Below are positions 1 through 7,623 of a stretch of 64,000 bases of DNA, in pieces. This DNA is from an uncultured SAR86 cluster bacterium (lineage in GTDB: Bacteria > Pseudomonadota > Gammaproteobacteria > Magnimaribacterales > D2472), in assembly GCA_902628925.1 (NCBI GenBank), contig CACOPA010000002.1, positions 6,690 to 70,689 on the forward strand, written 5' to 3'. Numbering within the stretch: the stretch's first letter is position 1; every line of letters starts with the position of its first letter. The position numbers and the translations under genes were made by a program. The notes under the pieces are model-generated. The model worked only from the letters and a program-made list of their open reading frames with translations, was not told the origin of the DNA and searched no databases.

Positions 1-14
1 TCCTTTTAACTGGT

Positions 15-269
15 ATGAGTTTAATTGATGATGATTTTAATAATGGAGATGGATGGTTTAGTGAGGATTACCCAAAACGATTTAGTGATATTGTTGAAAT
101 GCATTTAATTAGTCCACTAAATCTTCTTTTGAAAGATAAAAATGCAGAAAATTCATACAGGGATATTTATCTTAAAAGTCTAGATGCAAAAGTTTTATTG
201 CATGGTGAATTTATCAAGGAGCCTTTAGATACAGTAATAAAAGATTTCCGAGAACTCAATAAAGAATGA
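15..269 (+). CDS. hypothetical protein (may be the C-terminal part of a longer ORF)
   Basis: 84-codon ORF in track. The frame has no stop between nt 3 and 15, so the true start may lie left of the window. No family recognised. Confidence 0.4.
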   Translation: MSLIDDDFNNGDGWFSEDYPKRFSDIVEMHLISPLNLLLKDKNAENSYRDIYLKSLDAKVLLHGEFIKEPLDTVIKDFRELNKE

Positions 270-282
270 TTTTCTATACACA

Positions 283-639
283 ATGTACTTCCTAAACAAA
301 AAACCAACTAAGCGTTACAACAAGTATCCAGATTATTTAGATGATTTAGCACATGAAGAGTCCAAGATTTATATGATGGCTACTTTCGATAAATATGAAG
401 TTCAGTACATTAAAGAAGTTGCACAGTATTATCGTCTTGAGTTGTACATGCAATTAGGCACGATGAAAGAAACCGATGATAACTATTTAAAGTTTTATCG
501 ACACGTTAAAAATATTGAAGACCATATCGAGGCAATCTCAGAAAACGAGAGAGCTTTAGAAAAAATTTGTATGCGGATGTATGACAAGCTTGGTGACAAC
601 TTCTTAAAAACCAAAAGCGAAATAAGAGCTGCAAAGTAA
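283..639 (+). CDS. hypothetical protein
   Basis: 118-codon ORF starting 13 nt after the previous ORF. K/E/Y-rich and helical-looking. No motif recognised. Confidence 0.45.
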   Translation: MYFLNKKPTKRYNKYPDYLDDLAHEESKIYMMATFDKYEVQYIKEVAQYYRLELYMQLGTMKETDDNYLKFYRHVKNIEDHIEAISENERALEKICMRMYDKLGDNFLKTKSEIRAAK

Positions 640-641
640 TA

Positions 642-1112
642 GTGAGTATTTCAACACTGATATTTTATGCTTGGTTTGTCATAGCCATTATATTGTTTCT
701 ATGGATGTTTATTGAAAAGATACGAGGTGTTCTTGGCTTTAAAAGCATAACTCTTGATGAAGCTACAAAGGTCGCATGTCGACTTGCTGAAAAAAAATAT
801 ATTTGGTGTGATAGTTTTGCAGGTGAAAAATCATCAATGGCTGAATTATCAATAGAATCTGGGCTATTAACAACTGAAGATTATCTTCAAAAAATAGAAA
901 TTTATTTAGATGAGGCATGTAGGCAATATGCTCCTAGTTCTACAGTCAGCAAACAACAGGCAAAGGAAATAGCAAAGCTTTCAGTCTTCATTGAATTTGA
1001 AACTGACTACAGATATCGTTTAGATAACCGCAAAACAAATGATAAATCCTTGCCTTTACCTGATATTAAAGACTCAAAATTAAAAGAATTATTGCCATCA
1101 TGCACAAAATGA
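642..1112 (+). CDS. hypothetical membrane-anchored protein
   Basis: GTG start 2 nt after the upstream TAA. N-terminal hydrophobic segment ISTLIFYAWFVIAIILFLWMFI followed by a ~120-aa soluble part. No family recognised. Confidence 0.5.
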   Translation: MSISTLIFYAWFVIAIILFLWMFIEKIRGVLGFKSITLDEATKVACRLAEKKYIWCDSFAGEKSSMAELSIESGLLTTEDYLQKIEIYLDEACRQYAPSSTVSKQQAKEIAKLSVFIEFETDYRYRLDNRKTNDKSLPLPDIKDSKLKELLPSCTK

Positions 1113-1171
1113 AAAACATCCTTCTCACATTGATGGTCTTTGTCTTGATTCTTTATTTCATCTTTAACTAG
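1109..1171 (+). CDS. candidate 20-aa hydrophobic micro-protein (MKNILLTLMVFVLILYFIFN)
   Basis: The ATG overlaps the TGA of the upstream ORF (ATGA at 1109-1112). Almost entirely hydrophobic. Below the track length cut-off. Confidence 0.3.
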   Translation: MKNILLTLMVFVLILYFIFN

Positions 1172-1175
1172 TTAA
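1164..1175. repeat. perfect 12-bp palindrome TTAACTAGTTAA carrying stop codons in all six frames
   Basis: Self-complementary. TAA at 1165, TAG at 1169 and TAA at 1173 fall in three different frames, and the palindrome gives the same on the other strand. It spans the micro-ORF stop. Confidence 0.9.
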
Positions 1176-1186
1176 CAATCCTAAAA

Positions 1187-1215
1187 TTCACAATTTTGGA
1201 GAACCACTATATAAA
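1187..1215 (+). promoter_or_regulatory. sigma70-like promoter candidate pointing into the G-rich repeat region
   Basis: TTCACA (1187-1192), 17-nt spacer, TATAAA (1210-1215). AT-rich background makes chance matches likely. Confidence 0.3.
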
Positions 1216-1223
1216 TATGGTGG

Positions 1224-1294
1224 TAGTGGGGTATGGTCACCTGCCTAGTGGGGTTAGATGAGGTGATGCTTATTTAAATGTACTTATATGGGGT
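1224..1294. repeat. G-rich direct repeats TAGTGGGGT x2 plus a third TGGGGT
   Basis: TAGTGGGGT at 1224-1232 and 1246-1254 (22-nt period), TGGGGT again at 1289-1294. Flanking inverted pairs CCACTA/TAGTGG and TCACC/GGTGA. Confidence 0.8.
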
Positions 1295-1392
1295 GCGAAA
1301 TAAAAAGAATAGTTTCGATGTATTTAGACTGCACTGTGACTGCACAGAGATATTAATGAAAATACTAATACCTCTGAAAGCCTTATAGAATA

Positions 1393-1469
<77 letters not shown>

Positions 1470-1491
1470 ACGGTTGCATATTATATATACT

Positions 1492-2049
1492 TTATTGCTC
1501 AGGAAAAGAGCAACCTATACCTCCAATTCCACAATAACCATATGGATTTTTTTGTAGGTACTGTTGGTGGTATTCTTCAGCTAAATAATAATCATTTAAT
1601 ACTTTTAATTCAGTAGTTATAGGCCCAAATCCTGCTTTTGATATTTCTTGTTGATAACTCTCTAAAGTTGATTTGGCTAAATTGAGATCTTCTTCATTAT
1701 TTGTAAAGATCACAGAACGATACTGAGTGCCAATATCATTTCCCTGGCGCATGCCCTGAGTGGGATCATGCATTTCCCAAAAGCTGATCAAAATTTCTTT
1801 TAATGAAATCTCTAAAGGATCAAATACTACCCTTACCACTTCAGCATGACCGGTGCTGCCAGAACAAACTTCTTCATACGATGGATTAATTGAGGTGCCA
1901 CCTGCATATCCTACTGAGGTAAGCGTGACACCTTGCAAATTCCAAAGCCGCCTTTCGACACCCCAAAAACATCCTGCACCCAGAATAATTTCTTTATGGC
2001 CTTCTGGGGTGGGTGAGTCTAAATCTAAGTTAAAGATTGAATGAATCAT
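1492..2049 (-). CDS. msrA: peptide-methionine (S)-S-oxide reductase MsrA
   Basis: GCFWG active-site motif and conserved MsrA body. Start moved to ATG 2049 (MIHS...), which overlaps the birA stop as ATGA. The track start at 2073 would overlap birA by 28 nt. Confidence 0.9.
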   Translation of the reverse strand: MIHSIFNLDLDSPTPEGHKEIILGAGCFWGVERRLWNLQGVTLTSVGYAGGTSINPSYEEVCSGSTGHAEVVRVVFDPLEISLKEILISFWEMHDPTQGMRQGNDIGTQYRSVIFTNNEEDLNLAKSTLESYQQEISKAGFGPITTELKVLNDYYLAEEYHQQYLQKNPYGYCGIGGIGCSFPEQ

Positions 2050-2798
2050 ATTGATGCATAATCTACCGAACACTCGCCAGAATTGAAAGTTAAAATTCCA
2101 TTCTCATTGCTAAGGAGCATTTCACCGTTGTGATTGATGCCCTCAAAAATCCCCTCTACCTTGTTAGAATCACTTAAATTAAGAGTAATTTTCTTATGCA
2201 TATGCACACAATGCTTTTCCCACTCTGATTCCCAGTCCTTAAAGTTTTCTTTACCTAAAGCTATTTTTTCAAAAGCACTCGCAATTTTGATAATAATTTT
2301 GCTTCGATCAACTTGATTATCAATTTCTTTTAGGCCAATCCATGAATCATTTGCTACATCAGATTCAATATTAATGCCGATGCCAACAATGAAATTGTTA
2401 ATCTTATTAGCTTGATCAATTTCTACTAATATTCCACCGGCTTTACGCTGGTTAAGAATTAGATCATTTGGCCACTTTAAAAGTACATTGATGTCTTTTG
2501 AAACTTCTTGAATTGCTTTTTTTACAATTAATCCAGTTACTAAACTCAATGCAGGTATTTTCTCAGAGACTGCAAATCTTAAGGACATATATATATTGCC
2601 TATTTTTGGGCTGTCCCAAGCATTACCTCGCCTTCCTCTGCCTGCTGATTGCTTCTCAGCTACTACCAAATCAAGTGTTTTTTTGCTTTGAAGCGATTTT
2701 ATGAATGTATTGGTTGAATCAACATCATTAAGAACTACTAAATTTGTAATTTCAGAGTTAAGTTTGCCTTGCAATTCAAGTGAATTAAATTTCATCAA
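2046..2798 (-). CDS. birA: biotin--[acetyl-CoA-carboxylase] ligase, ligase-only form without an N-terminal HTH
   Basis: GRGRRGNAW biotin-binding loop and KWPND motif. At 250 aa it is too short to carry the repressor domain. Confidence 0.9.
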   Translation of the reverse strand: MMKFNSLELQGKLNSEITNLVVLNDVDSTNTFIKSLQSKKTLDLVVAEKQSAGRGRRGNAWDSPKIGNIYMSLRFAVSEKIPALSLVTGLIVKKAIQEVSKDINVLLKWPNDLILNQRKAGGILVEIDQANKINNFIVGIGINIESDVANDSWIGLKEIDNQVDRSKIIIKIASAFEKIALGKENFKDWESEWEKHCVHMHKKITLNLSDSNKVEGIFEGINHNGEMLLSNENGILTFNSGECSVDYASI

Positions 2799-2812
2799 TT
2801 TAGGATTTTATG

Positions 2813-2841
2813 TTGACTTAAGGGCATTCTAGAACAAAAAT
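2813..2841 (+). promoter_or_regulatory. promoter candidate for tRNA-Tyr
   Basis: TTGACT (2813-2818), 17 nt, AAAAAT (2836-2841), about 15 nt upstream of the mature tRNA 5' end. Confidence 0.45.
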
Positions 2842-2856
2842 ACCATCCTTTGCATT

Positions 2857-2941
2857 GGAGGGGTTGGGGAGCGGTCAAACCCAGCAGACTGTAAATCTGC
2901 CGCCTCGTGCTTCGGAGGTTCGAATCCTCCCCCCTCCACCA
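2857..2941 (+). tRNA. tRNA-Tyr (anticodon GUA), long variable arm
   Basis: GGAGGGG/CCCCTCC acceptor, anticodon stem-loop GCAGA-CTGTAAA-TCTGC, T loop TTCGAAT, encoded CCA. Confidence 0.95.
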
Positions 2942-2975
2942 TCTAAAAACCCCCAATTTGAATACCAAAAAAAGG

Positions 2976-3004
2976 TTGAGTTTCTTGTTTTTTAAGGGGA
3001 TAAT
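2976..3004 (+). promoter_or_regulatory. promoter candidate for tRNA-Thr(GGU)-tuf
   Basis: TTGAGT (2976-2981), 17 nt, GATAAT (2999-3004). Confidence 0.5.
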
Positions 3005-3036
3005 ACGCCACCTTAAATTTGGATGTTATAAATCGG

Positions 3037-3111
<75 letters not shown>

Positions 3112-3150
3112 AATTTATGATTTAACTAAATATTATTCAGAGAGGCACTA

Positions 3151-4341
3151 ATGGCTAGAGAAAAATATGAAAGAACCCTCCCGCACGTAAATGTGGGTAC
3201 GATTGGTCACGTTGACCATGGTAAAACTACTTTAACAGCTGCATTAACTAAGGTTTGTGCAGAAACATATGGTGGTGATGCAGTTGCATTTGACGGTATT
3301 GATAATGCTCCTGAAGAAAGAGAAAGAGGAATTACGATTGCTACTTCTCACGTAGAGTACGTATCAACTAACAGGCACTATGCTCACGTTGATTGTCCAG
3401 GTCACGCCGACTATGTTAAAAACATGATCACTGGTGCAGCTCAGATGGATGGCGCTATATTGGTTGTAAGTGCTGCTGATGGCCCAATGCCACAAACTAG
3501 AGAGCACATTCTACTTGCAAGACAGGTAGGCGTTCCAAAAATTGTTGTTTTCCTAAACAAAGCTGATCAGGTTGATGATCCAGAGCTTCAAGAACTAGTT
3601 GAGCTAGAAATTAGAGAGCTACTTAATGAGTATGAGTTCCCTGGTGACGATACTCCAATCATTACAGGTAGTGCATTAAAAGCTCTTGAAGGTGATACAT
3701 CTGAAATCGGTGTATCTGCTGTACAAAAACTTGTAGAAGAGCTAGATGTATATGTTCCAGAACCTGAAAGAGACATCGATAAGCCTTTCCTAATGCCTAT
3801 TGAGGATGTATTTACTATCTCAGGTAGAGGAACTGTTGTAACAGGACGTATTGAAAGCGGTATTGTAAAAACTGGTGATGCATTAGAGATCGTTGGTATT
3901 AATGATACAACTACCACAACTTGTACAGGTGTCGAGATGTTCAGAAAGTCACTTGATGAAGGTCGTGCTGGTGAGAACTGTGGTGTACTTCTTAGAGGTA
4001 TTGAAAGAGATGCTGTTGAAAGAGGTCAAGTTCTTGCTCAACCAGGATCAATTACCCCTCATACAGAATTTGAAGCTGAGATTTATGTACTATCTAAAGA
4101 AGAGGGTGGAAGACATACACCTTTCTTTAGTAATTACAGACCTCAGTTCTACTTTAGAACTACTGATGTTACCGGTGCGTGTGCGTTGCCGGATGGTGTC
4201 GAGATGGTTATGCCTGGCGATAATGTCAAGATGACCGTTTCCCTTATTGCACCGATTGCTATGGACGAAGGTCTTAAGTTCGCTATCCGTGAAGGTGGTA
4301 GAACAGTAGGCGCAGGCGTAGTATCAAAAATAATAAAGTAA
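3151..4341 (+). CDS. tuf: elongation factor Tu
   Basis: [14 protein letters not shown] and NKAD GTPase motifs. 396 aa, full-length EF-Tu pattern. Confidence 0.99.
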   Translation: MAREKYERTLPHVNVGTIGHVDHGKTTLTAALTKVCAETYGGDAVAFDGIDNAPEERERGITIATSHVEYVSTNRHYAHVDCPGHADYVKNMITGAAQMDGAILVVSAADGPMPQTREHILLARQVGVPKIVVFLNKADQVDDPELQELVELEIRELLNEYEFPGDDTPIITGSALKALEGDTSEIGVSAVQKLVEELDVYVPEPERDIDKPFLMPIEDVFTISGRGTVVTGRIESGIVKTGDALEIVGINDTTTTTCTGVEMFRKSLDEGRAGENCGVLLRGIERDAVERGQVLAQPGSITPHTEFEAEIYVLSKEEGGRHTPFFSNYRPQFYFRTTDVTGACALPDGVEMVMPGDNVKMTVSLIAPIAMDEGLKFAIREGGRTVGAGVVSKIIK

Positions 4342-4359
4342 GGAATTAATTACAGAAGT

Positions 4360-4381
4360 GCCGAGCATGTCTCGGCTTTTC
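4360..4381 (+). terminator. rho-independent terminator candidate after tuf
   Basis: GCCGAG (4360-4365), loop CATGT, CTCGGC (4371-4376), followed by TTTT. Confidence 0.65.
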
Positions 4382-4403
4382 TGTCTGTGTAGATTGGAGA
4401 AAT

Positions 4404-4479
4404 AGGCCAGTAGCTCAATTGGTAGAGCGACGGTCTCCAAAACCGTAGGTTGGGGGTTCAAGTCCCTCCTGGCCTGCCA
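4404..4479 (+). tRNA. tRNA-Trp (anticodon CCA)
   Basis: AGGCCAG/CTGGCCT acceptor, anticodon stem-loop ACGGT-CTCCAAA-ACCGT, T loop TTCAAGT, encoded CCA. Confidence 0.95.
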
Positions 4480-4504
4480 GTAAAAAGGTGGAGTGTATTA
4501 ATTG

Positions 4505-4870
4505 ATGGCAACAAAACAAAAAACAGGAAACCTTATAGATAGGCTCAAGTGGATTCTATCTTTGTCTGTTTTTACATTGGCAATTGTTGGTAACTCATAT
4601 TATTCAGCAACCCCATTTCTTTATAGAGTCCTAGGCGTAGTTGGTCTTTTTATTCTTGGGCTTGTCATTTTGGCGTTAACTGATTTTGGTAGCAATGCTA
4701 TCAAACTGATGCGGGAATCAAGAACTGAGCTAAGAAGGGTGGTTTGGCCATCAAGACCCGAAACCACTCAAACCTTTTTAATTGTATTTGGCTCAATTGT
4801 TGTTCTATGTCTAGTTTTTTGGGGTTTGGAGTCTTTATTGAGCTGGCTTACTAAATTGGTGCTTGGATAA
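4505..4870 (+). CDS. secE: preprotein translocase subunit SecE
   Basis: Conserved C-terminal segment [20 protein letters not shown] with three hydrophobic segments. ATG 4505 preferred over track TTG 4502. RBS AGGTGGAG lies upstream. Confidence 0.93.
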   Translation: MATKQKTGNLIDRLKWILSLSVFTLAIVGNSYYSATPFLYRVLGVVGLFILGLVILALTDFGSNAIKLMRESRTELRRVVWPSRPETTQTFLIVFGSIVVLCLVFWGLESLLSWLTKLVLG

Positions 4871-5397
4871 TGGATTGGTATGTAGTACAGGCCTACTCAG
4901 GCTACGAGCTAAAGGTCAAAGCTGCCCTCGAGGAGAGGATTGCTTTGGCAGATCTGAAGTCTCAATTTGGTGAGATACTCATCCCAACTGAACAAGTTGT
5001 TGAGCTTAAAAGTGGGGCTAAAAAGAAAACAGAAAGGAAATTTTTTCCAGGCTACATATTGATTGAAATGGAAATGAACGATGATACTTGGCAGCTTGTT
5101 AAACATACTCCGAGAATAAGCACATTTGTTGGCGGTACTAAAGAAAAACCCATGCCCATATCAAAGGCTGAAGTGGATGGAATCATCAATAGAATAGAAG
5201 TTGGTGAAGAAGCTCCAAGACCTAAAACTTTATTTGAGCCAGGTGAAGTGGTCAGAGTCTGTGATGGACCATTTAACGACTTTAATGGAGTTGTAGAAGA
5301 AGTTGATTATGAAAATAGTCAGGTAAAGGTATCGGTTCAAATTCTTGGTAGATCTACACCAGTCCAATTAGATTTTATACAAATTGAGAAAACATAA
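4870..5397 (+). CDS. nusG: transcription termination/antitermination factor NusG
   Basis: [24 protein letters not shown] and the KOW segment [26 protein letters not shown] overlap with secE. Confidence 0.98.
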   Translation: MDWYVVQAYSGYELKVKAALEERIALADLKSQFGEILIPTEQVVELKSGAKKKTERKFFPGYILIEMEMNDDTWQLVKHTPRISTFVGGTKEKPMPISKAEVDGIINRIEVGEEAPRPKTLFEPGEVVRVCDGPFNDFNGVVEEVDYENSQVKVSVQILGRSTPVQLDFIQIEKT

Positions 5398-5831
5398 TGG
5401 CTAAGAATAAAAAAATAGCAACAGTCTTAAAACTTCAAATTCCTGCAGGCGGAGCTAATCCAAGTCCACCAGTTGGACCAGCACTTGGTCAGGCAAATGT
5501 AAACATTATGGATTTTTGTAACGCTTTTAATGCAGAAACACAAAATGCAGAAAAGGGAGTACCGCTTCCTGTAGTTATTAATGTATATGAAGATAAATCA
5601 TTTAGTTTTGATATTAAATCGCCTCCAGCGGCAGTTTTAATCAGGAAAGCCTTGAACATTCCAAAAGGTAGCGGGGTTCCTAACTTAGAGAAAGTTGGAA
5701 AAATTACACGTGCTCAATTGGAAGAAATTGCCAAGGTAAAGGAGAAAGATCTTAATGCAAATTCAATGGATCAGGCTGTAAAAATTATTGCTGGTACTGC
5801 CAGAAGTATGGGCGTAGAGGTAGATATTTAA
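5397..5831 (+). CDS. rplK: 50S ribosomal protein L11
   Basis: [20 protein letters not shown] signature. The start overlaps the nusG stop (TAATG). Confidence 0.98.
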   Translation: MAKNKKIATVLKLQIPAGGANPSPPVGPALGQANVNIMDFCNAFNAETQNAEKGVPLPVVINVYEDKSFSFDIKSPPAAVLIRKALNIPKGSGVPNLEKVGKITRAQLEEIAKVKEKDLNANSMDQAVKIIAGTARSMGVEVDI

Positions 5832-6514
5832 TGAGCAAGAAATCATTAAAAATTAACGAGTTAGTTGATATCGAAAAGTTATACTCTTTTGAGGAAGCTT
5901 TAGGCGTCTTCCAAGAAGTTAAATCTAATAAGTTTGATGAATCTGTTGATATAGCAATTAATTTAGGCATTGATGCTGGTAAATCAGATCAAAATGTTAG
6001 GGGTTCTGTAACTTTGCCTAATTCTTTGGGTAAGCAAGTAACTGTTGCAGCTTTTGCTGATGGTGATCAAGCAAATGAAGCAAAGGAAGCGGGTGCCGAA
6101 TTCATTGGCATGGATGATTTGGCTGAACAATTTAAGAAAGGCGAAGTAGCTGTTGATGTGGTTGTGGCAACACAGGCCTCAATGAAAGTGGTCGGCCAGT
6201 TAGGTCAGGTACTTGGGCCTAAAGGACTAATGCCGAATCCTAAAAGCGGGACTGTTACGGACAAGATTGGTGAAGCGGTTAAAAACGCAAAATCTGGACA
6301 AGTAAGATTTAAAACTGACAAGGGAGGAACGATCCATGGATGTATTGGTAAAGTTTCATATTCCCCAACTCAGCTTGAAGAAAATACTAAAGTTTTAATT
6401 GATGAGGTAAAAAAACTTAAACCTGCCTCTGCTAAAGGTGTTTATATTAAGAATGTATCGCTCAGCAGTACAATGGGGCCAGGTGTTAAGTTGGATACTT
6501 CAAATATTTTATAA
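5831..6514 (+). CDS. rplA: 50S ribosomal protein L1
   Basis: FDESVDIAINLGID and GPKGLMPNPK motifs. TAATG overlap with rplK. Confidence 0.98.
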   Translation: MSKKSLKINELVDIEKLYSFEEALGVFQEVKSNKFDESVDIAINLGIDAGKSDQNVRGSVTLPNSLGKQVTVAAFADGDQANEAKEAGAEFIGMDDLAEQFKKGEVAVDVVVATQASMKVVGQLGQVLGPKGLMPNPKSGTVTDKIGEAVKNAKSGQVRFKTDKGGTIHGCIGKVSYSPTQLEENTKVLIDEVKKLKPASAKGVYIKNVSLSSTMGPGVKLDTSNIL

Positions 6515-6665
6515 GTTTAGAGCTTGAAAAAGCTCTGATAGTTGCGTTGTATACGCAGCCGTCAAAGACCGTAGGTGCGAAAGCTTAATTTCCTACGTAG
6601 GTGGTGTGCATTTCGTTTATGCGATTTGTCACCTTACAGCCGAAAGGCACAAAAGGAGAATTGCT
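6515..6665 (+). promoter_or_regulatory. structured rplJ (L10) leader candidate
   Basis: 151-nt spacer in an otherwise spacer-free cluster. Hairpins AGAGCTT-GAAA-AAGCTCT (6519-6536), TGCGT/ACGCA, CGTAGG/CCTACG and GCC-GAAA-GGC. RBS AAAGGAG sits just before GTG 6666. Confidence 0.6.
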
Positions 6666-7196
6666 GTGGCTTTAACAAGAGAAGAAAAAGAGAGAATTGT
6701 TTCAGAAGTTAAAGAGGTTGCTGATAAAGCTTCATCTTTAGTTGTGTCTGATGCAAGAGGACTTAAAGTCTCTGAACTTTCTGAAATAAGAAAGCAGGGG
6801 ACAGAAGCAGGCATTCACATTCAAATTATCAAAAATTCATTGGCTAAACTTGCCTTTGAAGGAACTGACTTTGGATGTACAAGTGAAACCTTACAAGGAC
6901 CCTCACTGTTTGCTTTTTCTTTTGATGAACCAGGCGCAGCAGCAAAGCTTTTAAAAACTTACGCTAAAAATTTTGAGGCGCTAGAGATTAAAGCTTTGTC
7001 TGTTGAAGGTCAGCTTTTAGGTGCTGAGCAAATTGATGTATTGGCAAAACTTCCAGGTAGAGAAGAAGCCATCACTTTAATTGCTGCAGTTCTGCAAGCC
7101 CCTATCTCAAAGTTTGCGACACTTCTTAACGAGGTTCCAAGCAAACTGGCGAGAGTGCTTCAAGCAGTTCATGACAAAAAACAGGCGTCAGCCTAA
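6666..7196 (+). CDS. rplJ: 50S ribosomal protein L10
   Basis: The L10 N-terminus (M)ALTREEKERIV begins at GTG 6666, preceded by AAAGGAG. The track start at 6606 adds 20 non-conserved residues. Confidence 0.93.
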   Translation: MALTREEKERIVSEVKEVADKASSLVVSDARGLKVSELSEIRKQGTEAGIHIQIIKNSLAKLAFEGTDFGCTSETLQGPSLFAFSFDEPGAAAKLLKTYAKNFEALEIKALSVEGQLLGAEQIDVLAKLPGREEAITLIAAVLQAPISKFATLLNEVPSKLARVLQAVHDKKQASA

Positions 7197-7214
7197 ATTA
7201 AAGGAGAAAATATA

Positions 7215-7598
7215 ATGGCAACTTCAAAAGACGATATTCTAAAGGCAATCGAAGAGATGTCAGTAATGGATCTTGTTGAGCTTATTTCAGCCATAGAAGA
7301 AAAGTTTGGTGTTACTGCTGCTGCAGCAGTTGCAGCTGCCCCGGCAGCCGCGGCTGGAGATGCAGGTGGTGATGCTGCTGAAGAAAAAGATGAGTTCGAC
7401 ATTGTTCTTTCTGCTGCTGGTGATCAAAAAGTTCAAGTGATCAAGGCAGTTAGAGCTATTACTGGATTAGGCCTTAAAGAAGCTAAAGATCTAGTTGATG
7501 GAGCACCAAATACTCTCAAAGAGGGTGTAAAAAAAGAGGAAGCTGAAGAGATGGTTAAGCAGCTTACCGAAGCAGGCGCAACAGCAGAACTTAAGTAA
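7215..7598 (+). CDS. rplL: 50S ribosomal protein L7/L12
   Basis: Ala-rich hinge and the C-terminal domain [12 protein letters not shown]...EAGATAELK. Confidence 0.98.
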   Translation: MATSKDDILKAIEEMSVMDLVELISAIEEKFGVTAAAAVAAAPAAAAGDAGGDAAEEKDEFDIVLSAAGDQKVQVIKAVRAITGLGLKEAKDLVDGAPNTLKEGVKKEEAEEMVKQLTEAGATAELK

Positions 7599-7623
7599 CA
7601 CATAAAAATTACAAGGGCAGCAT

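Noticed and set aside
1237-1250. GGTCACCTGCC resembling the tRNA-Thr 3' segment (GCCACCTGTC) as a possible att remnant
   Set aside because: Only about 6-7 contiguous identical bases (CACCTG), far too short to call an attachment-site duplication.
1334-1347. CTGT...ACAG resembling a LexA box
   Set aside because: The spacing is N6, not the N8 of the gammaproteobacterial SOS box, and there is no gene to regulate.
1217-1388. Small ORFs in the 1172-1392 spacer (14 codons at 1217-1261, 36 codons at 1278-1388)
   Set aside because: No RBS at a sensible distance, no coupling to neighbours, and composition typical of random ORFs.
6606-6665. N-terminal extension of rplJ in the track (MHFVYAICHLTAERHKRRIA)
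   Set aside because: It is not L10-like and would run through the structured leader. GTG 6666 with AAAGGAG upstream gives the canonical L10 N-terminus.
7193-7402. GC-rich Ala-codon run and the antisense 69-codon ORF
   Set aside because: This is the flexible Ala-rich hinge of L7/L12. The antisense ORF is a shadow of GCN codon runs.
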